DNA of 64,000 nt from an uncultured Candidatus Binatia bacterium (lineage in GTDB: Bacteria > Desulfobacterota > Binatia > UBA9968 > CAXXLF01): NCBI GenBank assembly GCA_965218425.1, contig OZ244621.1, positions 3,072,001 to 3,136,000 on the forward strand, in the 5' to 3' direction. The position numbers were made by a program, and so were the translations under genes. The first letter of the stretch is position 1. Each line of letters opens with the position of its first letter. A model generated the notes under the pieces. That model saw only the letters and a list, made by a program, of their open reading frames with translations, did not search any database and had not been told where the DNA came from. Shown here piece by piece: positions 30,256 to 40,874 of this stretch.

Positions 30256-30658
30256 TGGGACTCCATTGGGCCCTGACTGCCCCCTGGCGATTCTTTTCCA
30301 ATCGTAGGATTCCCAGTTCCAATATCATTGCTCTGGCTCCTCATTAGTTTCCAGGGGAACTTGTAGTCTTTGTCCTAATGGTTGGTGTGTGTGTGAACGA
30401 CTTCAGCCGTTTGGGATCCCGAGTTCAGTTGCAGAGCCTTGTTTAAAAATTCGGAGTTGCTCTCCGGACACTGTGAAAGGACCATGGTCGCATCATCGTA
30501 TCCCGGCGGTCTCACCGAGTAGCGTGGAAGCTCTAAAACCACCCTCTAACCAATAAAAAGTTCGCCAGTTTGTAAAAGTTGTGGTATTTCTAGTAATTAA
30601 GACCTTTACGCCGGGAATTTCCATTTTCGGGTGAGTCTGATCACTTAAGGATGTCAAA

Positions 30659-32140
30659 ATGGAGGATGTGAACGAACAGGTCGAGGTTCGCCTCGGCAAG
30701 CTCAAGAAGCTGAAAGAAGCGGGAGAAAACCTCTACCCCAATGACTATCGGCCCAGTCACATTGCGTCACAAATTTTCTCTCAGTTTGCTTCTTATACCG
30801 AGGAGCAATTGGGAAAGCTTCCCGCGGACATTTCCCTGGGTGGGCGCATCGTGAGGATTCGATCCTTCGGCAGGGCATCATTCTTTCACCTCCAGGACCG
30901 TGGAGGAAAGATCCAGGTATACGTTCGACAAGATCGTTTGGGGAAAGACGGTTACAACCTTTTCAAGTCTTTGGACATCGGCGACATCGTAGGGGTGTCG
31001 GGCAACCTGTTTCGTACCAAGACGAAGGAATTGACCTTGGAAGCCCATGACCTTCGCCTTCTCTGTAAATGCCTTCGCCCTCTACCGGAGAAATGGCATG
31101 GGCTAGCGGATGTTGAGGTTCGTTACCGACAACGATACTTGGATCTAATCGTAAATCCCGATGCAAGGGAGGTGTTCCGGAGACGCTCTCAAATCATCCG
31201 TCTAATTCGCGCATTCTTCGAAGAGAGGGATTTCCTTGAGGTGGAGACGCCCATGATGCAGTCCATTGCTGGAGGGGCGGCTGCAAAACCGTTTAAAACC
31301 CACCATAACGCGCTCGACATTGACCTCTATCTTAGGGTTGCCCCCGAACTGTACTTGAAGCGCCTTTTGGTGGGAGGTCTAGAGCGGGTCTTTGAGGTTA
31401 ATAGAAACTTTCGTAACGAGGGGATTTCAGTGCGTCACAATCCCGAATTCACCATGGTGGAATTCTATCAAGCCTACGCAACTTTCGAGGACCTTATAAG
31501 CCTCACGGAAGAGATGTTTATGACACTGGCCGAAAAGGTCGTTGGCGGTACTAAAATTACTCACGGTGGTCATGAAATTGAACTGAAGCCGCCTTGGAGG
31601 CGTCTGTCCATCTTGGAAGGAATCGAGCAGTACGGGCAGGTTACCCGGGACAAAGTGGCGAATAAAAGTGATCTTCGCGGGTTTGCCGAAAAGCAGGGTT
31701 TCTCGCTGGATCCCGAGATGTCCTATGAGAAGACGCTGGTGGAGGTGTTCGAAAGGGTTGCGGAACCCCATCTCATTCAACCCACCTTCGTAGTGGATTT
31801 TCCCTTGGAGGTTTCTCCCCTGGCTAGAAAGAACGATAAAAATCCTAAGCTGGTGGACCGATTCGAACTGTACATAGGCGGAAGGGAGCTTGCCAACGCC
31901 TTTTCAGAGTTGAATGATCCCGTGGATCAAAAAGGGCGATTCCAAGAGCAGGTCAAGGCCCGCAGCGCGGGAGATGAGACTGCCAATGAGATGGATGAAG
32001 ACTATATACGTGCCCTGGAGTACGGCATGCCCCCTGCAGCGGGGGAGGGTATTGGCATTGATCGCTTGGTGATGCTCTTTACAGATTCTCCCTCTATACG
32101 GGACGTGATCCTTTTTCCCTTGCTCCGCCCTCAGAGGTGA
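30659..32140 (+). CDS. lysS: Lysine--tRNA ligase (class II)
   Basis: LPEKWHGL, RYRQRYLDL, FRNEG, HNPEFT, GIGIDRL. Confidence 0.98.
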   Translation: MEDVNEQVEVRLGKLKKLKEAGENLYPNDYRPSHIASQIFSQFASYTEEQLGKLPADISLGGRIVRIRSFGRASFFHLQDRGGKIQVYVRQDRLGKDGYNLFKSLDIGDIVGVSGNLFRTKTKELTLEAHDLRLLCKCLRPLPEKWHGLADVEVRYRQRYLDLIVNPDAREVFRRRSQIIRLIRAFFEERDFLEVETPMMQSIAGGAAAKPFKTHHNALDIDLYLRVAPELYLKRLLVGGLERVFEVNRNFRNEGISVRHNPEFTMVEFYQAYATFEDLISLTEEMFMTLAEKVVGGTKITHGGHEIELKPPWRRLSILEGIEQYGQVTRDKVANKSDLRGFAEKQGFSLDPEMSYEKTLVEVFERVAEPHLIQPTFVVDFPLEVSPLARKNDKNPKLVDRFELYIGGRELANAFSELNDPVDQKGRFQEQVKARSAGDETANEMDEDYIRALEYGMPPAAGEGIGIDRLVMLFTDSPSIRDVILFPLLRPQR

Positions 32141-32158
32141 GTCTACCAAAATTCCGTC

Positions 32159-33409
32159 ATGAAATACGAGCTTTTTGTTGGTCTGCGGTATTTGCGTGCC
32201 CGGCGCCGTGAGACCTTTATCTCTTTGCTCTCCATGATCTCCATCCTGGGGGTAATGATCGCTGTTCTCACGCTGAATGTAGTCATTGGAGTTATGACTG
32301 GCTTCGAGGAGGTGCTTCGTGACCGCCTGTTGGGAATCAATTCCCATGTGGTTTTGGTGAAGTCCGGGGATCTGCTGCTGAAGTACAACTACCTCACCGA
32401 GCAAGTGATGAAGGAAGAAGGGGTCTTGTCCGCAACCCCCATGGTTTACGGGCAGGTCATTTTGACAAAGGGTAATCGGATTTCTGGAGTGGTGGTTCGA
32501 GGGGTGGATCCGGATAAGGCAAATGGAGTTGTGGCCATAGAGAAATTTATGGAGGCCGGGAGCTTGAAGGATCTAAAACAGCATCGTGTGGTGCAGGTTA
32601 AAGACCGCCCCATGGAGTTGCCCGGAATCATCTTGGGTACCCGGTTAGCCGCCGGTCTCGGAGTCCTGTTGGGGGAGCCCATCCAGTTGGTTTCTCCGCT
32701 CGGTAAACCTACGGCTGTTGGAATGGTACCAAAGATTAGGCGTTTTGCCGTGGTGGGGTTATTCAAATCTGGAATGCATGAATACGACAGCAGCTTGGTT
32801 TTCATGAATCTTGTCGATGCTCAGCAATTCTTTCAGTTGGGAAATTCGGTGACCAGCATTGAGATTAGGGTTCGGGATGTGGACGAGGCCCGGGCGGTGG
32901 CTCAGAGAATTCAGCGGAGATTGGGACTTCCCTACCTGACGGAGGATTGGTCTCGCCTGTGGCCCAATCTGTTTGCCGCCCTTCGACTGGAGCGGTGGGT
33001 ATACATTCTCGTTCTTCTCCTCATGGTGTTGATCGCGGCCTTTAATATCATTTCCACATTAATCATGGTGGTGATGGAAAAACGGAGAGATATCGCCGTT
33101 TTGCGATCCATGGGTGCCAGTCGTGGGAGCATCTGGCGGATATTCTTGCTGAAAGGTTGCGTGATAGGAGCGGCGGGGACTCTCCTGGGATCAATTTTGG
33201 GCTTTGTCATATGCCTGTTTATTCAGGAATACCAATTTATTGAGCTACCCAAAGACGTCTTTCTTGTCTCAACCGTGCCTGTCAAAATTTCTGGTCTTTA
33301 TTTTGTCTTAGTGTCTTTTGTCTCGCTATTAATCTGTCTCCTGGCTAGCATCTATCCGGCGCGCCAGGCCGCGAAATTGGATCCGGTGGAGATTATCCGT
33401 TATGAATGA
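32159..33409 (+). CDS. lolC: Lipoprotein-releasing ABC transporter permease (LolC/E family)
   Basis: LRYLRARRRE, VMTGF, AAFNIISTL..EKRRDIAVL, YPARQAAKLDPVEIIRYE. Only one permease gene here, so the lolC/lolE assignment is uncertain. Confidence 0.88.
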   Translation: MKYELFVGLRYLRARRRETFISLLSMISILGVMIAVLTLNVVIGVMTGFEEVLRDRLLGINSHVVLVKSGDLLLKYNYLTEQVMKEEGVLSATPMVYGQVILTKGNRISGVVVRGVDPDKANGVVAIEKFMEAGSLKDLKQHRVVQVKDRPMELPGIILGTRLAAGLGVLLGEPIQLVSPLGKPTAVGMVPKIRRFAVVGLFKSGMHEYDSSLVFMNLVDAQQFFQLGNSVTSIEIRVRDVDEARAVAQRIQRRLGLPYLTEDWSRLWPNLFAALRLERWVYILVLLLMVLIAAFNIISTLIMVVMEKRRDIAVLRSMGASRGSIWRIFLLKGCVIGAAGTLLGSILGFVICLFIQEYQFIELPKDVFLVSTVPVKISGLYFVLVSFVSLLICLLASIYPARQAAKLDPVEIIRYE

Positions 33410-33466
33410 GCGCCTGAGTCTTTGGGTTTTCCCTGAGATCCAGGTTCGACGTTTCCTTGAGTTGTA

Positions 33467-34147
33467 ATGTCAAATTTGTATTCCATACAGGGTCTCCACA
33501 AGTCATACACCGAGGGCGAAAAGAAAATTGTTGTCCTGTTGGACCTCCAGTTGACCATTGCGGAAGGAGAACGGCTGGCCATCGTGGGCGAATCTGGGGT
33601 GGGTAAAAGCACCTTGCTTCATATTCTTGGGACATTGGATCGTCCCAACAGTGGACAGCTTATCTATCAGGGGAGAGATCTCTTGCTGTTACGGGATGAG
33701 GAACTTGCCCACTTCCGCAATCAAGAGATCGGTTTTGTGTTCCAATTCCACTACCTTCTGCCGGATTTCAGTGCGCTGGAGAATGTAATGCTGCCCGCTC
33801 TAATCCGCGGTTGGACTTGGGAGAAATCGCGTGAGGATGCAGTGAAACTCCTGGAGATGGTGGGATTAAAAGACCGCTCGGAGCATCCACCAGGAAAACT
33901 CTCGGGTGGGGAACAGCAAAGGGTTGCGGTGGCGCGATCCATGATCCTTGAGCCGAAACTCATTATGGCCGACGAGCCCACAGGTGATCTGGATCCTCAT
34001 ACCGGTGAGGAAATCGAAAAACTTTTATTTCATCTCAATGAGGAAAAGGGGGTCGCGTTAGTGGTGGCCACCCATAACTGGCAATTCGCGCGTAGAATCG
34101 GGCGACAAGTGGAGCTACGAGAAGGTGGGCTTTTCCCTGTTCAGTAG
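33467..34147 (+). CDS. lolD: Lipoprotein-releasing ABC transporter ATP-binding protein
   Basis: GESGVGKST, GFVFQFHYLL, LSGGEQQR, ADEPTG. Confidence 0.93.
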   Translation: MSNLYSIQGLHKSYTEGEKKIVVLLDLQLTIAEGERLAIVGESGVGKSTLLHILGTLDRPNSGQLIYQGRDLLLLRDEELAHFRNQEIGFVFQFHYLLPDFSALENVMLPALIRGWTWEKSREDAVKLLEMVGLKDRSEHPPGKLSGGEQQRVAVARSMILEPKLIMADEPTGDLDPHTGEEIEKLLFHLNEEKGVALVVATHNWQFARRIGRQVELREGGLFPVQ

Positions 34148-34433
34148 TGATGGGTGCTTGGGCCCGGGGAACGCTGCTATGGAAAAGGGTTAGGCATAGG
34201 CCTGTTGGGCAAACGGTTAACCAATAAGCCCCTAGAACCCGTAATTATAAAAGGTACCTGGTTTTTGGTTTGCCATGTGCCCATGTATCTAACTTGGATT
34301 AGTCCCAAAGGTGTGATAAGGGCCTAAATTGTAGCATCAATCTTGGCAAGACGGGCTATTTTTGAACTTTACAAAAGTCGTTTAATTTGTTAGGCAAAAT
34401 GAGTTGGGGTGAGCTTTTTGTGGTGCTCAGCCA

Positions 34434-36803
34434 ATGTGGGGTAAAGCCGTTTTAACGTTTAAAACACTTTTTTCCGCCCTCATATTCTCTGCAATTTATC
34501 TTCCTCTAGCCTTTTTGGAGGCGAGTGAGCCCGTGATCATTAAGGAGATCAGGATCCAGGGGAACCTCAGAGCGGAAGATGACGGGATTCGGATTCGCCT
34601 CAAGGCACGCAAGGGCGAGCCCTTCAGTCCGGCTGTGGTACGTGATGACGTGAAGTCCATCTATCAAATGGGGTTTTTTGACGATGTGAAAGCGGACCTC
34701 TCCTCCGACGGGATTCTCACCTACATTGTCAGGGAAAGGCCATACATCAAAGAGATTAGAATTCAGGGCAACGCGAAGGTCAGCAATGAGAAGATCGAGG
34801 CCGCGCTGGGAGTTAAGCCCCGAACCATCCTGGACAGGGATAAGGTGTCAATGGGGGTCGAAAAAGTAAAAAAGCTATACAGCGACCAGGGGTATGTTAG
34901 TGCGAAGGTGGATTTCGCCATTGCAGAGGAAGTCAACAATCAGGCCATGGTTATTCTGGATATCAACGAGGGTAAGCGGCTTTTGATCGAGAAAATTTCC
35001 TTTGAAGGTAACCATGTCTTTACCGACAAGCAGTTAAAAAAACTCATGGCAACGAAACAAAAATGGATCTTGTCTCGATTTACCAGACGGGGGGTATTGG
35101 ATCGGGACATTCTGACGAACGATATCGCGAAGCTGTCAAATCAATATTATGACCACGGGTATATTGATCATAAGATTGATGAGCCCGTGATTTTACGCCG
35201 GAACAAAGGAATCGAGATCGTCATTCGAATTCAGGAAAAAGAAGAATACCGGGTGGGGAAAGTGGAAGTAGGGGGCGAGTTAGTGGAGGATCCCGAAAAG
35301 CTCTTGGAAAAGGTCCAACTGACCACCGGGCAGATTTTTCGCGGAAGTCGCTTGAGGGAGGATATCAAGGTCCTAACCGCTACCTATGCCAATGAAGGGT
35401 ATGCTTTTGCTCGGGTGGATCCAGTGACGAGGGTCAATCATAAGAAAAGAGAAGTGGATATTGCATTGCTGATCAAGAGGGGCCCACCGGTCCATTTTAA
35501 CCGAATCATCATTTCGGGAAACACGAAGACTAGGGATAAGGTCATTCGACGAGAGATAAGGGCGGCTGAACAGGAGCTGGTTTCGATGGGAAAGATTAAG
35601 GAGAGTGAAGGCGCGCTGAACCGCACGGGGTATTTTGAAAGCGCTCAATTGACCACTAAGAAAACCGAGAGGCCGGACGAAGTCAATCTCCATGTGGATG
35701 TCAAGGAGGGTCGCACGGGAAGCTTGGGTGGTGGTGTGGGGTTTAATACGGGGGACGGTTTTTTGATCAGGTTGAACGCTGGCGAGAAGAATCTCTTTGG
35801 CCGCGGATATAAAGTCAACGCCATGTTTGATTTCGGGCAATCCCGGCGTGATTTCATCCTGGGTTTTGCCGATCCTTATTTCCGCGATACCCGTCTATCC
35901 TTGGGTGTTGATGCATTCAATAGCAAGGTGGAATTTGATGAATTTGACTCACGAAGATTGGGTTTCGGCACAACCGCATCCTATCCCATGCGGTATCTAG
36001 AGGTTCCGTTTTTACGACGTTGGCTGCCTAGGGAGGGAAATAAGCGTGAGGGGGAACCATCTCCCTCTATGATTGACCTAATGCGCTTGGGTATGTCTTA
36101 TCGGTTGGTCAAGGCCGATGTTGAGGGAGTTTCAAGCAGTGCCTCACAAGAGGTTCAGGATGAAGCGGGGCCTTCCTTGATCAGCTCGGTGACCCCGAGC
36201 CTCAGTTATGATAGTCGAGACCATGGTTTTCTTCCTACGGAGGGGACCCAATCTAGGACTACTTTCAAGTTTGCAGGCTTGGGAGGTGACAACCGCTTTA
36301 TTAGAACAGACGTTAGGGCGCGTTGGTATCGTACCCTGCTCAATAAACCCCGCTGGGGAGGCGCCTATGTGTTGAGCCTGAGGGGTGCTGTGGGATTAAG
36401 CACGATATTCTCGCGCTCCAACGACTCTGATAGCCTACCCATTGGCCAGAGATATTTCCCCGGTAATCCATCCGTGCGGGGATACGAATCACGAAGTCTT
36501 GGTCCAAAGGACGAGTTGGGTAATGTGGTGGGGGGCGATAAGCAGCTCGTCACGAGCATTCAATTGCGCTTCCCGGTTTTGAAGCAGTACGGTCTCAACG
36601 GGGTGACCTTTTTTGATTCGGGTCAAGCCTTCAGGCAATCCCAGAGTTTTGACATCGGTGCTATGAGAAGTTCCGTGGGACTTGGGGTTCGTTGGTTTTC
36701 TCCCCTTGGCCCATTGGCGGTGGATTTTGGTTTTGCCTTGAATCCAGGGTCAGACGATAAAACCTCGCTGTTTACCTTTAATATAGGCGGTGACCCATTC
36801 TAG
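34434..36803 (+). CDS. bamA: Outer membrane protein assembly factor BamA
   Basis: POTRA repeats, GNTKTRDKVIRRE, NLFGRG, VRGY, SPLGPL, terminal Phe. Confidence 0.96.
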   Translation: MWGKAVLTFKTLFSALIFSAIYLPLAFLEASEPVIIKEIRIQGNLRAEDDGIRIRLKARKGEPFSPAVVRDDVKSIYQMGFFDDVKADLSSDGILTYIVRERPYIKEIRIQGNAKVSNEKIEAALGVKPRTILDRDKVSMGVEKVKKLYSDQGYVSAKVDFAIAEEVNNQAMVILDINEGKRLLIEKISFEGNHVFTDKQLKKLMATKQKWILSRFTRRGVLDRDILTNDIAKLSNQYYDHGYIDHKIDEPVILRRNKGIEIVIRIQEKEEYRVGKVEVGGELVEDPEKLLEKVQLTTGQIFRGSRLREDIKVLTATYANEGYAFARVDPVTRVNHKKREVDIALLIKRGPPVHFNRIIISGNTKTRDKVIRREIRAAEQELVSMGKIKESEGALNRTGYFESAQLTTKKTERPDEVNLHVDVKEGRTGSLGGGVGFNTGDGFLIRLNAGEKNLFGRGYKVNAMFDFGQSRRDFILGFADPYFRDTRLSLGVDAFNSKVEFDEFDSRRLGFGTTASYPMRYLEVPFLRRWLPREGNKREGEPSPSMIDLMRLGMSYRLVKADVEGVSSSASQEVQDEAGPSLISSVTPSLSYDSRDHGFLPTEGTQSRTTFKFAGLGGDNRFIRTDVRARWYRTLLNKPRWGGAYVLSLRGAVGLSTIFSRSNDSDSLPIGQRYFPGNPSVRGYESRSLGPKDELGNVVGGDKQLVTSIQLRFPVLKQYGLNGVTFFDSGQAFRQSQSFDIGAMRSSVGLGVRWFSPLGPLAVDFGFALNPGSDDKTSLFTFNIGGDPF

Positions 36804-36860
36804 TTTGTCCGGGCATCGCATCCGTTCTATCGTAGCCAATATGATCGATTGGAGGTCCAT

Positions 36861-37388
36861 GTGAAAAAAGTGCTGGCCTTGTTCCTTCTAACGCTATTTA
36901 CCGCTCCCGCCTGGGGGCAGGAAAAGATGAAAATCGGATTTGTGGACCTTGAGATGGCTATTAGAAGTTCTAAGGCGGGCAAAGATGCAAAGGCGAAGTT
37001 TGAGGCCCAAATCAAAAGGGTTGAAGCTAGTCTTTTGAAAGAAAAGAACGAAATCGAGAAGTTTAGGGCCGATGCAGAAAAAAAAGGTCTTCTCCTTAAA
37101 GAGGACGAGAAGAGAAACTTGGGGAGGGAGTTTCAAAGACGGTTGCGAGACTATCAGGTGAGGATGCGCGATTCCCAAGAGGAGCTCCGTGCGAGGGAAC
37201 GAGAGGCCATGGACAACATCCTCAAGCAGATTGCCAGTGTGGTATCCGAGGTTGGAAAGAAGGAAAAATTTACTCTCATTCTTACCCGAAATCAGATGCT
37301 CTACGTGGATAAAGGGGTCGATATCACCCAAAAGGTTGTGGAACTCTACAATCGTAAAGTTGGGGCGGGAGTGGTAAAAGCCAAGTGA
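36861..37388 (+). CDS. skp: OmpH/Skp periplasmic chaperone
   Basis: Signal peptide, KIGFVD, coiled coil, DITQKV; position between bamA and lpxD. Confidence 0.92.
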   Translation: MKKVLALFLLTLFTAPAWGQEKMKIGFVDLEMAIRSSKAGKDAKAKFEAQIKRVEASLLKEKNEIEKFRADAEKKGLLLKEDEKRNLGREFQRRLRDYQVRMRDSQEELRAREREAMDNILKQIASVVSEVGKKEKFTLILTRNQMLYVDKGVDITQKVVELYNRKVGAGVVKAK

Positions 37389-38461
37389 AGGTGGCGGGTA
37401 AATCGCTTTCCGAATTGGCCACACTGGTGGGTGGCAGGGTCGTTGGGGATGAAAAAGTTGAGATTCAAAGGGTCGCATCCATTGATGAAGCCGTAACCGG
37501 AGATATCACCTTTTTCACCTCACCGCGATACCAGACCTATCTCCAGAGCTGCAAGGCTAGCGCAATCATCATCGGAAACCAGATAGCCCTTCCCTCCCAG
37601 GATCAAAATAGCTTTCTCGTAGTTGATCAACCTTACCTAGCCTTTGCCAAGATTCTTGATGCCTTGACGCCAAAGCCGCAATTTGACGGTCGAATCAGCC
37701 CCAGTTCCAGTATCGGTGATAGTGCTGTCCTGGGAGAGAATGTTACCGTGTTCCCCCATGTCTATGTGGGGGAGAGGGTCAAAGTGGGGCGAGGGTCAGT
37801 GCTTTTTCCCAGTGTGTTTTTGGGAGACGGTGTGGAGGTTGGGGAGGATTGCATCTTGTATCCCCAAGTCACCATCCGTGAGGGCTGTCGCTTGGGTAAC
37901 CGGGTGATGCTCCATGCAGGCGTGGTGATCGGAAGTGACGGATTCGGATTTGCAGAAGAGCGAGGTGTGCAGAGGAAAATTCCCCAGGTGGGTACCGTAG
38001 AGATAGGAGACGACGTAGAAATTGGGGCCAACACGACGGTGGATCGTGCGACCCTTGGTTGTACCAAGATCGGTCAAGGCACCAAGATCGACAACCTGGT
38101 ACAGATTGCCCATAACGTGGTGGTGGGAGAAAATACGGTCATTGTGGCTCAAGCGGGAATCGCTGGAAGCACCCGCATTGGTAAGGAAGTGATCGTGGCG
38201 GGTCAGGTGGGTATTGTCAATCATATTGAGATAGGTGACCGGGCAAGGATCGGACCTCAGTCGGGGATTGTCCAGTCGGTGCCCCCTGGGGCGGTTCTCT
38301 CGGGAGGATTTCAGGCTGTTCCCCACAAAGACTGGATTAAGGTCAGGGCGCTGATTCCCCGTTTGCCGAAGCTTTGGAACACTGTCCGCCATCTGGAGCG
38401 CAAGGTCGGTCAGTTAAGCCGCAGGGCTGGAAAGAGGGTGACCACTCATGATGGACGTTAG
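37385..38461 (+). CDS. lpxD: UDP-3-O-acylglucosamine N-acyltransferase
   Basis: Hexapeptide repeats, GSDGFGF, KIDNLVQIAHN. Confidence 0.97.
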   Translation: MKVAGKSLSELATLVGGRVVGDEKVEIQRVASIDEAVTGDITFFTSPRYQTYLQSCKASAIIIGNQIALPSQDQNSFLVVDQPYLAFAKILDALTPKPQFDGRISPSSSIGDSAVLGENVTVFPHVYVGERVKVGRGSVLFPSVFLGDGVEVGEDCILYPQVTIREGCRLGNRVMLHAGVVIGSDGFGFAEERGVQRKIPQVGTVEIGDDVEIGANTTVDRATLGCTKIGQGTKIDNLVQIAHNVVVGENTVIVAQAGIAGSTRIGKEVIVAGQVGIVNHIEIGDRARIGPQSGIVQSVPPGAVLSGGFQAVPHKDWIKVRALIPRLPKLWNTVRHLERKVGQLSRRAGKRVTTHDGR

Positions 38462-38885
38462 GGAGATCCTGAAACACCTCCCCCATCGGTATCCGTTCCT
38501 TATGGTGGATCGAATTCTGGAAATGGAGCCGGGGACCAGAATTGTCGGCATCAAGAACGTTACCTACAATGAGAACTTCTTCCAGGGCCATTTCCCAGGT
38601 AAACCTATTATGCCCGGGGTACTGATTTGTGAAGCCATAGCGCAGGTGGGTGCGATTCTAGCCCACTCTTCAGGATCCTTCACTGGTGAAGACAAGATTT
38701 TCATGCTCACCGGGTTGGACCGGGTTAAGATCAAGCGGGTTGTAGAGCCGGGCGATCAGTTGCGCTTGGAATTGACTTTACTGAAACGACGGGGGTCCTA
38801 TTGGAAGATGTCAGGCGAGGCGAGCGTCGATGGAAAGCTGGTTGCTCAAGTAGAACTGTCAGCCATGGAAGTTTCGCGCGAGTAA
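38448..38885 (+). CDS. fabZ: 3-hydroxyacyl-ACP dehydratase
   Basis: LPHRYPFLMVD, FFQGHFP, MPGVLICEA. Confidence 0.97.
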   Translation: MMDVREILKHLPHRYPFLMVDRILEMEPGTRIVGIKNVTYNENFFQGHFPGKPIMPGVLICEAIAQVGAILAHSSGSFTGEDKIFMLTGLDRVKIKRVVEPGDQLRLELTLLKRRGSYWKMSGEASVDGKLVAQVELSAMEVSRE

Positions 38886-38893
38886 GGTAGGAT

Positions 38894-39685
38894 TTGAAGC
38901 AATTGACCATGGGGAAAATTCATCCTACGGCTATTGTGGACCGTCACGCAGAGTTAGATACGAATGTCGAGGTGGGACCCTACTCTGTCATCGGCCCGAA
39001 GGTTAAAATTGGCAAGGGGACAAAGATTAAGTCCCACGTAGCCATTGAGGGCAACACCACCATCGGCGAAGGGAACACAATATTCCAGTTTGCAACCGTA
39101 GGCTCTGTTCCCCAGGACCTCAAGTATCAGGGGGAGGACAGCCAACTCATCATTGGTGCTGGCAACACGGTGAGGGAGTTCGCCTCGCTCAATCCTGGAA
39201 CCACGGGCGGAGGGATGATTACTCGCGTGGGGGGCCAAAACCTTCTCATGATGTATTCCCATGTGGCCCATGATTGCATCATCGGCAACCATAACATCGT
39301 TGCCAATGGGGCTACTTTAGGAGGCCATGTGGTCATTGAGGACTATGCCATCGTGGGAGGACTCGTTGGAATCCACCAGTTTGTGAAGGTGGGAACTGGT
39401 GCGATTTTGGGAGCTGGCTCCATGGTTTCAAAAGATATTCCGCCTTACTGTAATGCCACGGGAGATCGTGTCAAGCTCAGGGGCCTCAACCTTGAGGGGC
39501 TTAAGCGAAAGAAGTTTAGCCGAGAGAAAATCGATGCTCTGAAGAACGCTTACCGAATTATCTTTCAGTCGGGTTTGAGGACCAAGCAGGCGCTGGAGAA
39601 GATCAGGAGCGACGGGCCGCTGACTACGGAAGTAGAACAAATGGTCCGCTTTATAGAGAATTCTCAAAGGGGAATTTGCCGTTAA
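38894..39685 (+). CDS. lpxA: UDP-N-acetylglucosamine acyltransferase
   Basis: IHPTAIV, PQDLKY, HVAHDC, HQF, GLNLEGLKR. Confidence 0.97.
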   Translation: MKQLTMGKIHPTAIVDRHAELDTNVEVGPYSVIGPKVKIGKGTKIKSHVAIEGNTTIGEGNTIFQFATVGSVPQDLKYQGEDSQLIIGAGNTVREFASLNPGTTGGGMITRVGGQNLLMMYSHVAHDCIIGNHNIVANGATLGGHVVIEDYAIVGGLVGIHQFVKVGTGAILGAGSMVSKDIPPYCNATGDRVKLRGLNLEGLKRKKFSREKIDALKNAYRIIFQSGLRTKQALEKIRSDGPLTTEVEQMVRFIENSQRGICR

Positions 39686-39723
39686 AAAGATAATGAGTTT
39701 CTTAGTGTCTAGTAAGGTAAAGC

Positions 39724-39856
39724 AGGCGGTCACCCTCGGGCCGAACCCTTCGGTTAGGCTGAGCTATTGTCGAAGTCCGAAGGCGGTCAACGAGTCTCTA
39801 TTTTGTAAGCCGCCACTCCGGCCGCTACAAGGGAGGCCCTTGTAGCCACTCGGGCC
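39724..39856. repeat. Palindromic intergenic repeat cluster (REP-like)
   Basis: 9-bp direct repeat AGGCGGTCA (39724, 39781) around a 48-bp hairpin-rich insert; perfect hairpin GCTACAAGGG-AGG-CCCTTGTAGC at 39824-39846. Confidence 0.5.
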
Positions 39857-40035
39857 TGAACAAAACTCTATGTTGCTGTGCCCGCGCTCTTCAGGACTCA
39901 TGCCTCGGTTGTCTTTTGGGTCATTGCTTTTAAGCTTCATGGCAAGTAACGTCTCTTGAAAAAAGCGTTGCGGTTGTAGGGCGCATTCCATAGAAAATGT
40001 TCGAACGGTTTTAAGTGTTGGGAACGTATTTTCCG

Positions 40036-40842
40036 ATGAAGAAGTTGGGGCTTATTGCAGGTAATGGTATCTTTCCTTTGATCTTTGCCAAGGAGGCAAA
40101 ACAGGAGGACGTTTCTTTAGTAGCGGTGGCCCATCGAGGTGAAACATCTCAGGCCCTCGAGGAGTTGGCTGACAGTGTGACCTGGATACGCGTGGGTGAA
40201 TTAGGAAAAATCATTCGTACCTTTCATCAGGCGGGAGTCAATGAGGCCGTGATGGTGGGTGGCATCGGTAAAGCCAAGCTCTTTGCTAATTTTTGGCCCG
40301 ACCTGAGGGGGGCGACGTTCCTAGCGCGGATAAGGAGCCGGGAGGACGATCAGCTGCTCAAGGGAGTAGCGAAGGAGTTGGAAGGGGAGGGAATTCGGGT
40401 CCTGGAGTCTACACTATTCTTGTCGCGGATTATCCCATCGGAGGGTGTGTTGTCTCGTTTATCGCCTACCTCCGAGCAATGGGAGGATATTCGCCTGGGG
40501 ATTGAAGTGGCCAAGGCCATCGGGCGGTTGGGCGTGGGACAAACCGTAGTGGTCAAAAGCCGTGTGGTTTTAGCGGTGGAAGCCATCGAGGGTACGGATG
40601 CGGCCATCCTCAGGGGAGGAAAATTGGGAAAGGGTGGGGTTGTGGTGGTTAAAGTCAGCAAGCCACAGCAGGACCTGCGTTTCGACGTGCCAGCCGTGGG
40701 AGTGGATACCATTAAGGTCCTCAGTGATGTGGGGGGAGGCGTTTTGGCCGTGGAAGCCGACCGTACCATCCTATTGGAAAAGGAAGAACTGGTGAAGGAG
40801 GCAGATCGGGTAGGAGTTACGGTGGTTGCAGTTAAGTGTTAA
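40036..40842 (+). CDS. lpxI: UDP-2,3-diacylglucosamine pyrophosphatase LpxI
   Basis: LGLIAGNGIFP, GQTVVV, AVEAIEGTD, KPQQDLRFDVPAVG. Confidence 0.94.
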   Translation: MKKLGLIAGNGIFPLIFAKEAKQEDVSLVAVAHRGETSQALEELADSVTWIRVGELGKIIRTFHQAGVNEAVMVGGIGKAKLFANFWPDLRGATFLARIRSREDDQLLKGVAKELEGEGIRVLESTLFLSRIIPSEGVLSRLSPTSEQWEDIRLGIEVAKAIGRLGVGQTVVVKSRVVLAVEAIEGTDAAILRGGKLGKGGVVVVKVSKPQQDLRFDVPAVGVDTIKVLSDVGGGVLAVEADRTILLEKEELVKEADRVGVTVVAVKC

Positions 40843-40874
40843 ACGATCTTGCCTTGATCTGACCTACCACAAGC

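Noticed and set aside
30256..30658. 400-nt gap before lysS as a riboswitch, T-box or tRNA
   Set aside because: Only a short CCCCTGG/CCAGGGG inverted repeat; no conserved riboswitch, T-box or tRNA motif was seen.
34148..34433. GAACTT upstream of bamA as a sigmaE promoter
   Set aside because: No matching -10 element at the expected spacing.
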